The position numbers and the translations under genes were made by a program. Positions 56,239 through 64,000 of a stretch of 64,000 nucleotides of DNA are shown piece after piece. The stretch lies in the sequence record LC765218.1. One strand, given 5' to 3'. Source of the DNA: Pseudomonas phage BRkr. Under the pieces are notes generated by a model that was not told the origin of the DNA, did no database searches, and was given only the letters and a program-made list of their open reading frames with translations. The number at the start of each line of letters is the position of its first letter. Position 1 is the first letter of the stretch.

Positions 56239-56550
56239 ATGGAACATGTAGAAAACGTAATTGAACAACATGCGTCTCTGACCAATGCTGGTGCTTCTGT
56301 ACTGAAGTATTGCGAGGATCTTAAAGCAGATCTTCTTAAAGGTCTCGATATTGAAGCTGAAGCAGTCAAGGTGCATTCGACGTTTATCGATCGAGCTATC
56401 GCTGGTACCATGGCTGGTATCCAGAATGATTTCCATCTGGTACCAAAGTTCATCGTTAATGAGAGTGGTGAATCTCAGACTGTTGAAGTCGCTCCTAATA
56501 CTCTGGAGATTGATCTGGCAGCATCCTACTGGGCCACTGTCAACAACTGA
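56239..56550 (+). CDS. hypothetical protein (103 aa)
   Basis: AAGGA 8 nt upstream of the ATG at 56239. Confidence 0.4.
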   Translation: MEHVENVIEQHASLTNAGASVLKYCEDLKADLLKGLDIEAEAVKVHSTFIDRAIAGTMAGIQNDFHLVPKFIVNESGESQTVEVAPNTLEIDLAASYWATVNN

Positions 56551-56561
56551 TCTGACATAAG

Positions 56562-56589
56562 GCTGTCCCTACGGGGACAGCTTTTTTGA
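56562..56589 (+). terminator. terminator gctgtcccTACggggacagc + TTTTTT
   Basis: 8-bp stem plus T6. Confidence 0.65.
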
Positions 56590-56603
56590 CGTTTAATTTT
56601 TAG

Positions 56604-57035
56604 GTGAAAGGTATGCCATTTACTATACCGACATCAGCTATTATTCTTTTAATTCTAGCTGGTTTAATTTGGTTAACATTGCCATCTGAAACAAGTAAGA
56701 AAGAGAAACCAAAAAAGAAAGAAAAGCGACGTGTCATTATTGGTAGTATGACACACTACGTTGGTAGTAATCTTATTGCTTATTCAGACTTCCGTCGAAT
56801 GTATCTAGACTTTCCAGATACCCAAGGCACTGTGTTTCTTTGCTGTCAGGATAGAACAATTGAAGTATACCAATCTCTTGAATCGGCATACCGAATGGCA
56901 GGGGAAGATACGCATTCTATTCTAGAAGTTACTTTGGTTGGCGATCCTGAATGGAGTGTTAAAGTAGAGCAGGTTACAGAGGGGCAAACCGGTGTACGGA
57001 CTGAACTTGGCTTTGGTATTATCGCTATGAAGTGA
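56604..57035 (+). CDS. N-terminally anchored membrane protein (143 aa)
   Basis: TM segment AIILLILAGLIWLTL followed by a Lys-rich tract. Confidence 0.45.
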   Translation: MKGMPFTIPTSAIILLILAGLIWLTLPSETSKKEKPKKKEKRRVIIGSMTHYVGSNLIAYSDFRRMYLDFPDTQGTVFLCCQDRTIEVYQSLESAYRMAGEDTHSILEVTLVGDPEWSVKVEQVTEGQTGVRTELGFGIIAMK

Positions 57036-57038
57036 CCG

Positions 57039-57494
57039 ATGTTATGTACAGCAATACCGCTGTTCATGACTATGGAGAATCACCCAATGGCGATTTATTC
57101 CCTGGACGAAGCCGGCAAGGCTATGTCCGATGCTGAGATTGCTCAGTACGAAGATGCTATCAACGAATATCTGTCTCTTCCTGGGACTGTTGATTTCCTT
57201 AACGATCCGGAACAAGCTGTCCATTTCGTTCACCGTCATTTCCGTAATGTCACCATTGCTGAAACTTCCGTTGCTGCTCTAAAGAAAGCGATTGAAGATG
57301 CCGGTTGGAAATCCGTTTCCGTTGAAATCAAGAATGGAAATGAGATGTTCGTTAGCTTCTATGTTGAAGAACAACCGGAAGCTCCGGTAGAACCTGAACC
57401 TGGTGAAGGCGGCGATAACGAAGGTGAGAATGGTGGCACTGGCGGTACTCCTCCGGAGACTGGCGGCGAAACCGAACCCGACGTTGGTGAGTAA
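57039..57494 (+). CDS. hypothetical protein with an acidic Gly/Glu-rich C-terminal tail
   Basis: C-terminus PEAPVEPEPGEGGDNEGENGGTGGTPPETGGETEPDVGE. Confidence 0.45.
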   Translation: MLCTAIPLFMTMENHPMAIYSLDEAGKAMSDAEIAQYEDAINEYLSLPGTVDFLNDPEQAVHFVHRHFRNVTIAETSVAALKKAIEDAGWKSVSVEIKNGNEMFVSFYVEEQPEAPVEPEPGEGGDNEGENGGTGGTPPETGGETEPDVGE

Positions 57495-57502
57495 ACATAA
57501 TT

Positions 57503-57545
57503 GCCTCTCCTTCGGGAGAGGCGTTATGTCCTTTTTTTCTTTTAT
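57503..57545 (+). terminator. terminator gcctctccTTCGggagaggc + T-tract
   Basis: 8-bp stem followed by GTTATGTCCTTTTTTTCTTTT. Confidence 0.65.
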
Positions 57546-57554
57546 ATTTAAACG

Positions 57555-57576
57555 CATTAAAAGCCTATATTACAAC
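57555..57576 (+). promoter_or_regulatory. class A promoter-like motif, first of a tandem pair
   Basis: ATTAAAAGCCTATATTACAACTG. Confidence 0.5.
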
Positions 57577-57604
57577 TGTGATAATAGAAGGTTATATTTA
57601 AACC

Positions 57605-57626
57605 TTTTAAATCCCTATATTACAAA
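57605..57626 (+). promoter_or_regulatory. class A promoter-like motif, second of the tandem pair
   Basis: TTTTAAATCCCTATATTACAAATG; 36 nt upstream of the ATG at 57660. Confidence 0.5.
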
Positions 57627-57659
57627 TGTGATATTCCACCATGTAAAAAGGATAGTACA

Positions 57660-58265
57660 ATGAAACAATTGCGAAAAGAAATTCTGAGTAATACCATCGA
57701 CGGTATTCCGTCTGCATGTGAGCTTCACCTGTACGTTGATTTCATTTTTAACGTACCTGTGTTCATCGTCCATAATCAACTAGCTAAAGATTTCGATGTA
57801 GACGATGTTCGTCGTTACGGTGCTGTGTTCGTGGATTTCTATTCCGCGATGAATTTCATGCAACTCGCTAAAGCTACCTGGTATGGTAACACCGAGATCG
57901 AACTCGGGCGGGTACAAGGGTGCATCAAATACCATGAGCTTTATGAGCTACTGGAAGACAAAAACGGTGATGATGAACTTATCATCGAGATCTCGGCTGG
58001 GAACAAATTTGTGTTTCTCACTGTTGGAGATGATCCCAATTCTCTTCACTTCACATCGGATATCAGCAAGGCATGTAACTTCAATAATCTTGGACATGCT
58101 GACATGATTATCGCTCGCCTTGGACTCGCGTGCGAGATGGCGTCCGTAACCGAAATCATCAAAACTGGAGTTTTCAACGATCATGATGTCGTTAACTTCA
58201 GTGTTCTCCGAAAAACCGCAGAGCGTACACATAGTGTCGTTCGCCACTACACCACTAATATTTAA
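57660..58265 (+). CDS. hypothetical protein (201 aa)
   Basis: ORF only. Confidence 0.45.
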   Translation: MKQLRKEILSNTIDGIPSACELHLYVDFIFNVPVFIVHNQLAKDFDVDDVRRYGAVFVDFYSAMNFMQLAKATWYGNTEIELGRVQGCIKYHELYELLEDKNGDDELIIEISAGNKFVFLTVGDDPNSLHFTSDISKACNFNNLGHADMIIARLGLACEMASVTEIIKTGVFNDHDVVNFSVLRKTAERTHSVVRHYTTNI

Positions 58266-58279
58266 AAGGAAAATTCAAA

Positions 58280-58516
58280 ATGCTGACTTACAACATCCTG
58301 AACGATATGGTTACCATCATCCATCTGGATCCGGTTACCATGACTCCCGAGCGCTTCCAGGCTTACAACATGCATGTGGCTGGTAAACTCGGACATGATG
58401 CACGTGCTTTCATGAAGAAAGATGGGCACGGCTACGACGTGATCGAATGCTGGGGTTCCAGCGTAGAAGCCAAAGAAAAACTGATTCAAGCACTGCGCGA
58501 GGTTGATTCCAAATGA
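58280..58516 (+). CDS. hypothetical protein (78 aa)
   Basis: ORF only. Confidence 0.4.
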   Translation: MLTYNILNDMVTIIHLDPVTMTPERFQAYNMHVAGKLGHDARAFMKKDGHGYDVIECWGSSVEAKEKLIQALREVDSK

Positions 58517-58905
58517 GTATCGTATCTGTAAAGGTTACTCGTAAGCGTAAAGGCGTTATCCATGTTCCTCGTGGTGTTGGGTGTGCCGTTAATCCCGGTA
58601 CCAATCTGATCAGTATCGAATACAACCGTGCTGATAATTACGGTATCGCTGACGGTGTCAATGTCTTCGAGATTGATGGATTCGATAATCCCATCAATAG
58701 CCGTAATGCAGAGCTCGTCGAATGGGTAAAAGCCTGTAATGGCGAAAATATCGTTGTCCATTGTGAAATGGGCATGAAGCGTTCCAAGCAAGTAGCTCTG
58801 TGGATCATCGAACACTTCGGTTACCACATGATGGATACCATTGAATTCCAGCGGCCGGGTGATGGAAACTGGGTTCGTTACAACCGCTATCGCTCGGGAG
58901 AATAA
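58513..58905 (+). CDS. Cys-based phosphatase (CX5R), copy 2, divergent
   Basis: VHCEMGMKRSKQVA: HC-x5-R-S P-loop. Confidence 0.5.
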   Translation: MSIVSVKVTRKRKGVIHVPRGVGCAVNPGTNLISIEYNRADNYGIADGVNVFEIDGFDNPINSRNAELVEWVKACNGENIVVHCEMGMKRSKQVALWIIEHFGYHMMDTIEFQRPGDGNWVRYNRYRSGE

Positions 58906-58906
58906 C

Positions 58907-59437
58907 ATGTTCGAACTCAAATTCGCTGAAAAGGAAAGTTTCCCTGGTCGTGGTCCATGCATTGAACTCTATGGTGACTATGTCACCGAGCGTGTATGGG
59001 AAGCTGTTCATCGGGTTGTTACATGTAACCTGATGTCCTCTCCGTTCTATCAAGCAAAACAAGGTTTCAGTGTATTCTTCCAAGGCGGTCATAATGACCC
59101 ACGTGGAAAATGGATCCTTCTGGAATTCTGGGTTGATGACATCGAGAAAACCAACGAATTCGTCCGACTCTTGTCGATTGAAGTTGATAAGGTTCTGATG
59201 AAGCGTAATACCCAGATCTGCGTTAACCCGTACAAAATGGGTTACGATGATGGCAGTGGTTCTTATACCGCTCTCAGTGAAATCCATAAAGAAACTGGCT
59301 GTCGTGTTGACTGGGGTTGTTCGATGAGCCCCATCACATTCCATCCAGAAAATAACCTGGAACATCGTGCAGTAACTAAACTCTGTGAGATGTTCCAACT
59401 TCCTGTAACTCGCTGGAAAGACACCTGGGAAGTCTAA
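58907..59437 (+). CDS. hypothetical protein (176 aa)
   Basis: GGGAGA RBS before the ATG at 58907; start moved from 58841. Confidence 0.45.
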   Translation: MFELKFAEKESFPGRGPCIELYGDYVTERVWEAVHRVVTCNLMSSPFYQAKQGFSVFFQGGHNDPRGKWILLEFWVDDIEKTNEFVRLLSIEVDKVLMKRNTQICVNPYKMGYDDGSGSYTALSEIHKETGCRVDWGCSMSPITFHPENNLEHRAVTKLCEMFQLPVTRWKDTWEV

Positions 59438-59479
59438 CCCGGAATCCCAATCTACTGATTAACTAAAAAGGAAAATGTA

Positions 59480-59953
59480 ATGTTCGGTTCTAATAATACT
59501 GCTGATCGCCGCCTCGCTTCCACTCTGGCTCAAGAAAACAAAATCGAGATCGTGGGTGGTAATATCGTCCTGTCGGATCTGTATCGTGCAACTCCTCTGA
59601 TGGACGACAAGCTGTTGTTCAACGTGGAGGCTCTTCCGGAATTCATGCCCCACCTACTGACCTTCGCTCCGGTGGAAGTCGAACGCAAAAATCTGATCCT
59701 GGGCGATGAGCGGGTGTTCCAGCTGATCGAGAACTACATCGAAAATATGACCGATGAGGAAGCGCTGGTTATTCGTAACCAAATCGATCGCATCAATGTC
59801 GTTTATGGCATTCGTTCCATCGAGTGTTACAAAGACAGCTTCATCGTGCACTTCAACATGGGCAAGAAACCCATGAGCGCGATCATCGCTGTGTTCAACA
59901 TGGTTGATGGTGTCGATACCTTCGAGTACGCTCATCGCACTTCTCTGAACTAA
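59480..59953 (+). CDS. hypothetical protein (157 aa)
   Basis: ORF followed by a terminator. Confidence 0.45.
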   Translation: MFGSNNTADRRLASTLAQENKIEIVGGNIVLSDLYRATPLMDDKLLFNVEALPEFMPHLLTFAPVEVERKNLILGDERVFQLIENYIENMTDEEALVIRNQIDRINVVYGIRSIECYKDSFIVHFNMGKKPMSAIIAVFNMVDGVDTFEYAHRTSLN

Positions 59954-59957
59954 TGAC

Positions 59958-59980
59958 AGGGGACCTTCGGGTCCCCTTTC
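59958..59980 (+). terminator. terminator ggggaccTTCGggtcccc + TTTC
   Basis: 7-bp stem. Confidence 0.6.
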
Positions 59981-60007
59981 TATACATTTTTCTTTAGGGT
60001 CTTGAAA

Positions 60008-60358
60008 ATGCAAGTTAAACAAGGTTGGGGTTCACTCCCCGAGTCGTTGTCTCTCTTCGACAACACGAGTAAGGCTTCTGAAGCATTCCGTAAGGTACGC
60101 GAAGCTAATCCAGAAATGTTCAATGTTGTTGATCAAACGCGCATTATTATTCGGTCTGGTGTATTGGAACCGGAGAACTGGAAACTCGATGACCACACTA
60201 AAGGTCTGGTCTATCGCGTCAGTATGGGTAGTATGCCGTGGAACATGGCAGACTATCAAGAACTCCGGCAATGGCTTTTCCGTTTGGGTTATGTCAACCC
60301 TTACATCGAATACAACCCTGAAAAATCTATGGTCACCATTCAATTTGAGATGCCATAA
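60008..60358 (+). CDS. hypothetical protein (116 aa)
   Basis: First ATG; the ORF-track start at 60002 is a TTG. Confidence 0.4.
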   Translation: MQVKQGWGSLPESLSLFDNTSKASEAFRKVREANPEMFNVVDQTRIIIRSGVLEPENWKLDDHTKGLVYRVSMGSMPWNMADYQELRQWLFRLGYVNPYIEYNPEKSMVTIQFEMP

Positions 60359-60780
60359 TGACTGAACTCGACGAAAAGATAAAGAAGTTATTGGACTGGA
60401 GTTGGCGTGTAGAGATAGAGCCTCGCCATTATAATGGAAAGGCCACTCTGACACAAATGCTATGTGGCCGTAGTTGCTATTATGGATCCTTCATCGATGC
60501 CAATAAACTCTTGGTGTCTGATGAAGACAAGAAGACTATGTTTGAATCCGCTAAGGCTACGAAGCAATTCGTATCACTTAGCATCGAGCTTACCTACAAA
60601 GAACCTAAAAAGTACTCGTGGGAAAAACAAACATATCGAACTAAAACCTTGTGCATCTGGGCCGATACCATTAGCAAAGCTGTGCAGATAGCTTATCTCT
60701 ATTTAGATGAACATACGACTAATGAGACACATGACAATGGTCAGTCTGTTTATAAGGTCGTAAAATTACCCGGAGAATAG
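60358..60780 (+). CDS. hypothetical protein (140 aa)
   Basis: TAATG coupling. Confidence 0.45.
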   Translation: MTELDEKIKKLLDWSWRVEIEPRHYNGKATLTQMLCGRSCYYGSFIDANKLLVSDEDKKTMFESAKATKQFVSLSIELTYKEPKKYSWEKQTYRTKTLCIWADTISKAVQIAYLYLDEHTTNETHDNGQSVYKVVKLPGE

Positions 60781-60782
60781 AC

Positions 60783-61043
60783 ATGAATTCTAACATCAAA
60801 CTGGTAAAAAACGAAGGCGAATGGCTGGTACAGAAAATGGAAACTCAAAACAAGTTTACGTTTTCGCTGGATGATGATACCAGTTGGGTGTCACTAGGAA
60901 TTCATCCTGACTCGGGTCTTCGTTTCGAATGTAATATGAGTGGTGTTCTAGAACGGGTTTATCGAGTGAAAGACAACATTGATCTTGATGTGGTTGAAAT
61001 CCCATCTAACCATGGTCTTGCACGCCAACTTAATATTCAATGA
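60783..61043 (+). CDS. hypothetical protein (86 aa)
   Basis: ORF only. Confidence 0.4.
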   Translation: MNSNIKLVKNEGEWLVQKMETQNKFTFSLDDDTSWVSLGIHPDSGLRFECNMSGVLERVYRVKDNIDLDVVEIPSNHGLARQLNIQ

Positions 61044-61444
61044 GGTTATCAATGTTTATTGAAACACTGGTTAACTTATGCATCATAGTTGCGGTAATTG
61101 CACTTGCTTATACAGTCGTTCGTTTTGTATTTAGGATCAGGAAACATTTCGTCGTAAATGTACTACATGTCCGAGGTGCAGTGAGTCGCAAAATACCAAT
61201 TAAAAATAAAGGTAATTGCTATGGGCTGCGTGATGGTAGGAACCAGTTCTATGTTGTAGTTAGAAATGGTGAAGTGACCTACCACAAAAACCTTACCAAT
61301 CTGGAGATAGATTTAATCTCCAACGATGCTGATACCCTGTACTTCAAATATCACCAAGTCTGGTTAAGAGGCGGTGGTGCTTATAAATTCGAGGAATTCG
61401 ATTTGAAGGGTAACAATAACGTTATTGATTGGAGGACAATCTAA
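61040..61444 (+). CDS. membrane protein (134 aa)
   Basis: N-terminal TM segment LVNLCIIVAVIALAYTVV. Confidence 0.4.
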   Translation: MRLSMFIETLVNLCIIVAVIALAYTVVRFVFRIRKHFVVNVLHVRGAVSRKIPIKNKGNCYGLRDGRNQFYVVVRNGEVTYHKNLTNLEIDLISNDADTLYFKYHQVWLRGGGAYKFEEFDLKGNNNVIDWRTI

Positions 61445-61458
61445 CACGGAGATTCCGT

Positions 61459-61836
61459 ATGGATAAAACTCTCATTGAGTTATCTTTTCTATTATTCATG
61501 ACTGCATTACTACTAACTTGGGTAATGATTATTATTCATCGTCCTCTTGTAGTGAATAATAAGCGCGTGAATATAGAAGTAGTAGGATACTCACATGACG
61601 GTATAAAAACGACTCCGGTCTGTTCGAATCCTGTTGTGGTCGATAGCTTAGATTCGACATTTTATGTCTATCTTTCTAATGACATGGTTATACTAGATCA
61701 ACGCTATAGGGAAGATTTGATATATCAGTCCTCGTTCTATTATGTCATTGAAACTTCATTGAATGAATTTGTTCGAGTCATTAGAACGCGATCTGATAAA
61801 CCCATTAGCTTCAATTTCAAATTTGGAGAATACTGA
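61459..61836 (+). CDS. membrane protein (125 aa)
   Basis: GGAG RBS; TM segment LSFLLFMTALLLTWVMIIIH; start moved from 61429. Confidence 0.4.
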   Translation: MDKTLIELSFLLFMTALLLTWVMIIIHRPLVVNNKRVNIEVVGYSHDGIKTTPVCSNPVVVDSLDSTFYVYLSNDMVILDQRYREDLIYQSSFYYVIETSLNEFVRVIRTRSDKPISFNFKFGEY

Positions 61837-62276
61837 TGACTGAGAAAGTCTCTAGTTCTATCCGTGTACCGCTTTACCAAATGGGTAAGAGCGATAAGCA
61901 CTTCGCACAACATCTACGTATGCCTGTTTATCGGGTTGATATAGAAGGTGTTGGTTCGGTTCTGTCTAGTTATGTGAAGGTGGATTCCACGTTCAATATC
62001 TTTGCACTCTGCGGTGGTGATGAAGACATTCGTAAACTGAAGATTGAAGAAGTCGCCTACGTTGATTCGGGTGATAATATTCTATTCCACAAAGTCACCG
62101 AACACGATCCTATCGAAATTCGTCGCGATGGTCTTTTCCGTTTTGGTATGGTATCCAAGATGGATGGACTGCGGTGGGGAACTACCTTCGAAGTCGATGG
62201 TGTTACTGGTCATGCTGTGATCAAGATCGATCGGGAATCTCCGATTATCGGAGTTAAGTTCTCTCTGGTAGCTTAA
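61836..62276 (+). CDS. hypothetical protein (146 aa)
   Basis: Overlap coupling; followed by a terminator. Confidence 0.45.
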   Translation: MTEKVSSSIRVPLYQMGKSDKHFAQHLRMPVYRVDIEGVGSVLSSYVKVDSTFNIFALCGGDEDIRKLKIEEVAYVDSGDNILFHKVTEHDPIEIRRDGLFRFGMVSKMDGLRWGTTFEVDGVTGHAVIKIDRESPIIGVKFSLVA

Positions 62277-62282
62277 CATAGA

Positions 62283-62310
62283 GCTCTCCCTTCGGGGAGA
62301 GCATTATGTC
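62283..62310 (+). terminator. terminator gctctcccTTCGgggagagc + ATTATG
   Basis: 8-bp stem. Confidence 0.6.
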
Positions 62311-62324
62311 GTTACATTCAATTG

Positions 62325-62346
62325 TTTTAAAAGCCTATATTACAAG
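62325..62346 (+). promoter_or_regulatory. class A promoter-like motif (TTTTAAAAGCCTATATTACAAG)
   Basis: CTATATTAC 26 nt upstream of the ATG at 62370. Confidence 0.5.
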
Positions 62347-62369
62347 CTTGGTCAACCGGGGAACATGTA

Positions 62370-62726
62370 ATGAAAGATATACTGATCCGTGAATCACGTA
62401 ATGCGGCTGTAACTAGCGTCATGCGTATTTATTACGATCAACAACATAAGGCTGGTGTAACGACTGAAGCTGCAACGAATGCTATCGTTGATGCTTTCAA
62501 CAATCGTTTCGACTTCAAAGCTGAACTGAGGGATAACGCAAACGATGAACGTCTGTTTGTTGTAAACTGTATCTTCGAGGGACGGGATCGCCGTTACCTC
62601 ACTGTTTGGGTTGATCGTTCCACGGGTGAGATCAATGCACATGCAAATCACACTCTGAATTGGCCCGATGCAAATCGTTTCCAACGTGAACTAATCTCTG
62701 TCGCTGTAATTGCTTCAACGGTGTAA
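62370..62726 (+). CDS. hypothetical protein (118 aa)
   Basis: ORF only. Confidence 0.45.
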   Translation: MKDILIRESRNAAVTSVMRIYYDQQHKAGVTTEAATNAIVDAFNNRFDFKAELRDNANDERLFVVNCIFEGRDRRYLTVWVDRSTGEINAHANHTLNWPDANRFQRELISVAVIASTV

Positions 62727-62837
62727 AATGCAACAAGTTACAACAAGTAAACAAAAATATATCATCAACACGATACTCGACCAAAAATGGAGAGAGCGTA
62801 AAGATGTAGTGACAGATAAAGCGAAAGGTAAAAAGAA

Positions 62838-63137
62838 ATGAACTTCAGTACTCTCATTAGTGATACAATGAAACTTAGTGCTAACCTGGCAAAGAACGAT
62901 GTCGTTAAAGGCATGGTATTGCAGGCGGCCAGGGATATCTTTATTACCCGTACTGATAGAGAAAAAGGTTATACCGAAACAAAGTATGCCAATGAAGGTG
63001 ATGACCTTGAAATCATTTGTGAGGATGTAGATAATCCAGCTGGTGGTTTCCGGGTAATCAACCATGATAATTTCAATCAGATTGAAACCATCCCATTTAG
63101 TGAGATGGAAGATACATTCAACGACTATGGTAAATAA
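62838..63137 (+). CDS. hypothetical protein (99 aa)
   Basis: ORF only. Confidence 0.4.
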   Translation: MNFSTLISDTMKLSANLAKNDVVKGMVLQAARDIFITRTDREKGYTETKYANEGDDLEIICEDVDNPAGGFRVINHDNFNQIETIPFSEMEDTFNDYGK

Positions 63138-63168
63138 ACATAGTTATCTCGATCAAGAGGAATAAACC

Positions 63169-63366
63169 ATGAGTGTTAAAGCTACTGCTCTGGAAAACAT
63201 CACTGCCAACGTTAGTGATAGTGGGCCTGGTTTAATAATGGCAAATAAAGGTGATGAACTCAAGATCATTCGTAAGGTAAGCGGGGACACTTACGAGGTT
63301 GTTCTATCGAGTGATCCTGAAGCTGTATCGTTCTATGCCTCCCGTAGTCAGATTGTCATTCATTAA
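63169..63366 (+). CDS. hypothetical protein (65 aa)
   Basis: ORF only. Confidence 0.35.
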   Translation: MSVKATALENITANVSDSGPGLIMANKGDELKIIRKVSGDTYEVVLSSDPEAVSFYASRSQIVIH

Positions 63367-63380
63367 TAGAGGATTCGAAA

Positions 63381-63905
63381 ATGAAAGTAGGTGATCAGTT
63401 CTATACAACCACCACACTGCGCACGCAGGATAATCCGAATGTAACCTATCATCCTGGCTGGGTACTTACCCTCGAAAAAGAAATGGAAGGCACTACACTG
63501 TTTATCGGTGTAGATAGCTGCGGACGTCGATTCGTGGTCGGACCTCATAATGGGGTAGCCACTGATATCCCAGTCGATCCTGAACTTTTCCGCCGTGCTG
63601 TTGCACGAGGATATGATGGTAGCCCCGAGTTCTTCCGCAAAGGTTACAACCGTATCCTCGAAATGCAATTGAAGGTGGCGATGGAAGGTCGTCAGATCTT
63701 TATGATTTCTGACGAGGCATTGGACAAAGCCATTCAACTCGACTCCGAAATGGAATCTATTGGTGTATTCGATCCTATGTATGAGCAACATAAAGCTAGC
63801 CGAGATGCGTATCTCAACATGGCTGAGATTCTCAGTAAGCTGGAATCGCTTGTTGTTACATATCGAGAAGAATCCCGTCTACTCTTCCCAGAATACCACA
63901 AGTAA
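63381..63905 (+). CDS. hypothetical protein (174 aa)
   Basis: ORF only. Confidence 0.45.
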   Translation: MKVGDQFYTTTTLRTQDNPNVTYHPGWVLTLEKEMEGTTLFIGVDSCGRRFVVGPHNGVATDIPVDPELFRRAVARGYDGSPEFFRKGYNRILEMQLKVAMEGRQIFMISDEALDKAIQLDSEMESIGVFDPMYEQHKASRDAYLNMAEILSKLESLVVTYREESRLLFPEYHK

Positions 63906-64000
63906 TACTGGGCTGCTAAATGTAATAGTCATTTAGCAAGGATTTTGAAATGCAACAGGCATTCCATGGTGAAACCCAATACAACAAATGGTCTTCGACT

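Overview
Dense, terminator-punctuated virulent-phage genome segment with no recognisable integrase, CRISPR array or tRNA. Bases 1830-12583 carry a minus-strand block: four tandem ~316-aa FN3-like paralogs, an intein-containing SNF2 helicase, a Gly-rich small protein and a 1016-aa fiber-like protein. From 12689 onward about 100 tightly packed plus-strand genes form early or middle-type modules. The modules are separated by GC hairpins with a CTTCGG-type loop and by two recurring promoter-like motifs, CTATATTAC and TCTCAGATCTACAT. Recognisable functions on the plus strand are: two Cys-based phosphatases, a classic AAA ATPase, a QueC-family PP-loop enzyme next to a DprA/SLOG-fold protein, dCTP deaminase and NAD-dependent DNA ligase. 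Further along are an SspB-like ClpX adaptor, a macro-domain protein, an insertion-rich thymidylate-synthase homolog and a Pol-beta-type nucleotidyltransferase. They are followed by RtcB RNA ligase, a PRPP-synthetase-family enzyme directly upstream of a NAMPT-family enzyme, an OB-domain ATP-dependent RNA ligase, an HD-domain hydrolase, a GNAT acetyltransferase and an SPFH lipoprotein. The most striking stretch is 30650-42290. It reads as a contiguous counter-defence or repair island combining ADP-ribose/NAD reconstitution (macro, Prs/Adps-like, NAMPT/Namat-like, with no NMNAT seen) with RNA end-healing and sealing (RtcB, nucleotidyltransferase, Rnl5-like ligase). All calls rest on motifs read from the translations; no searches were run.
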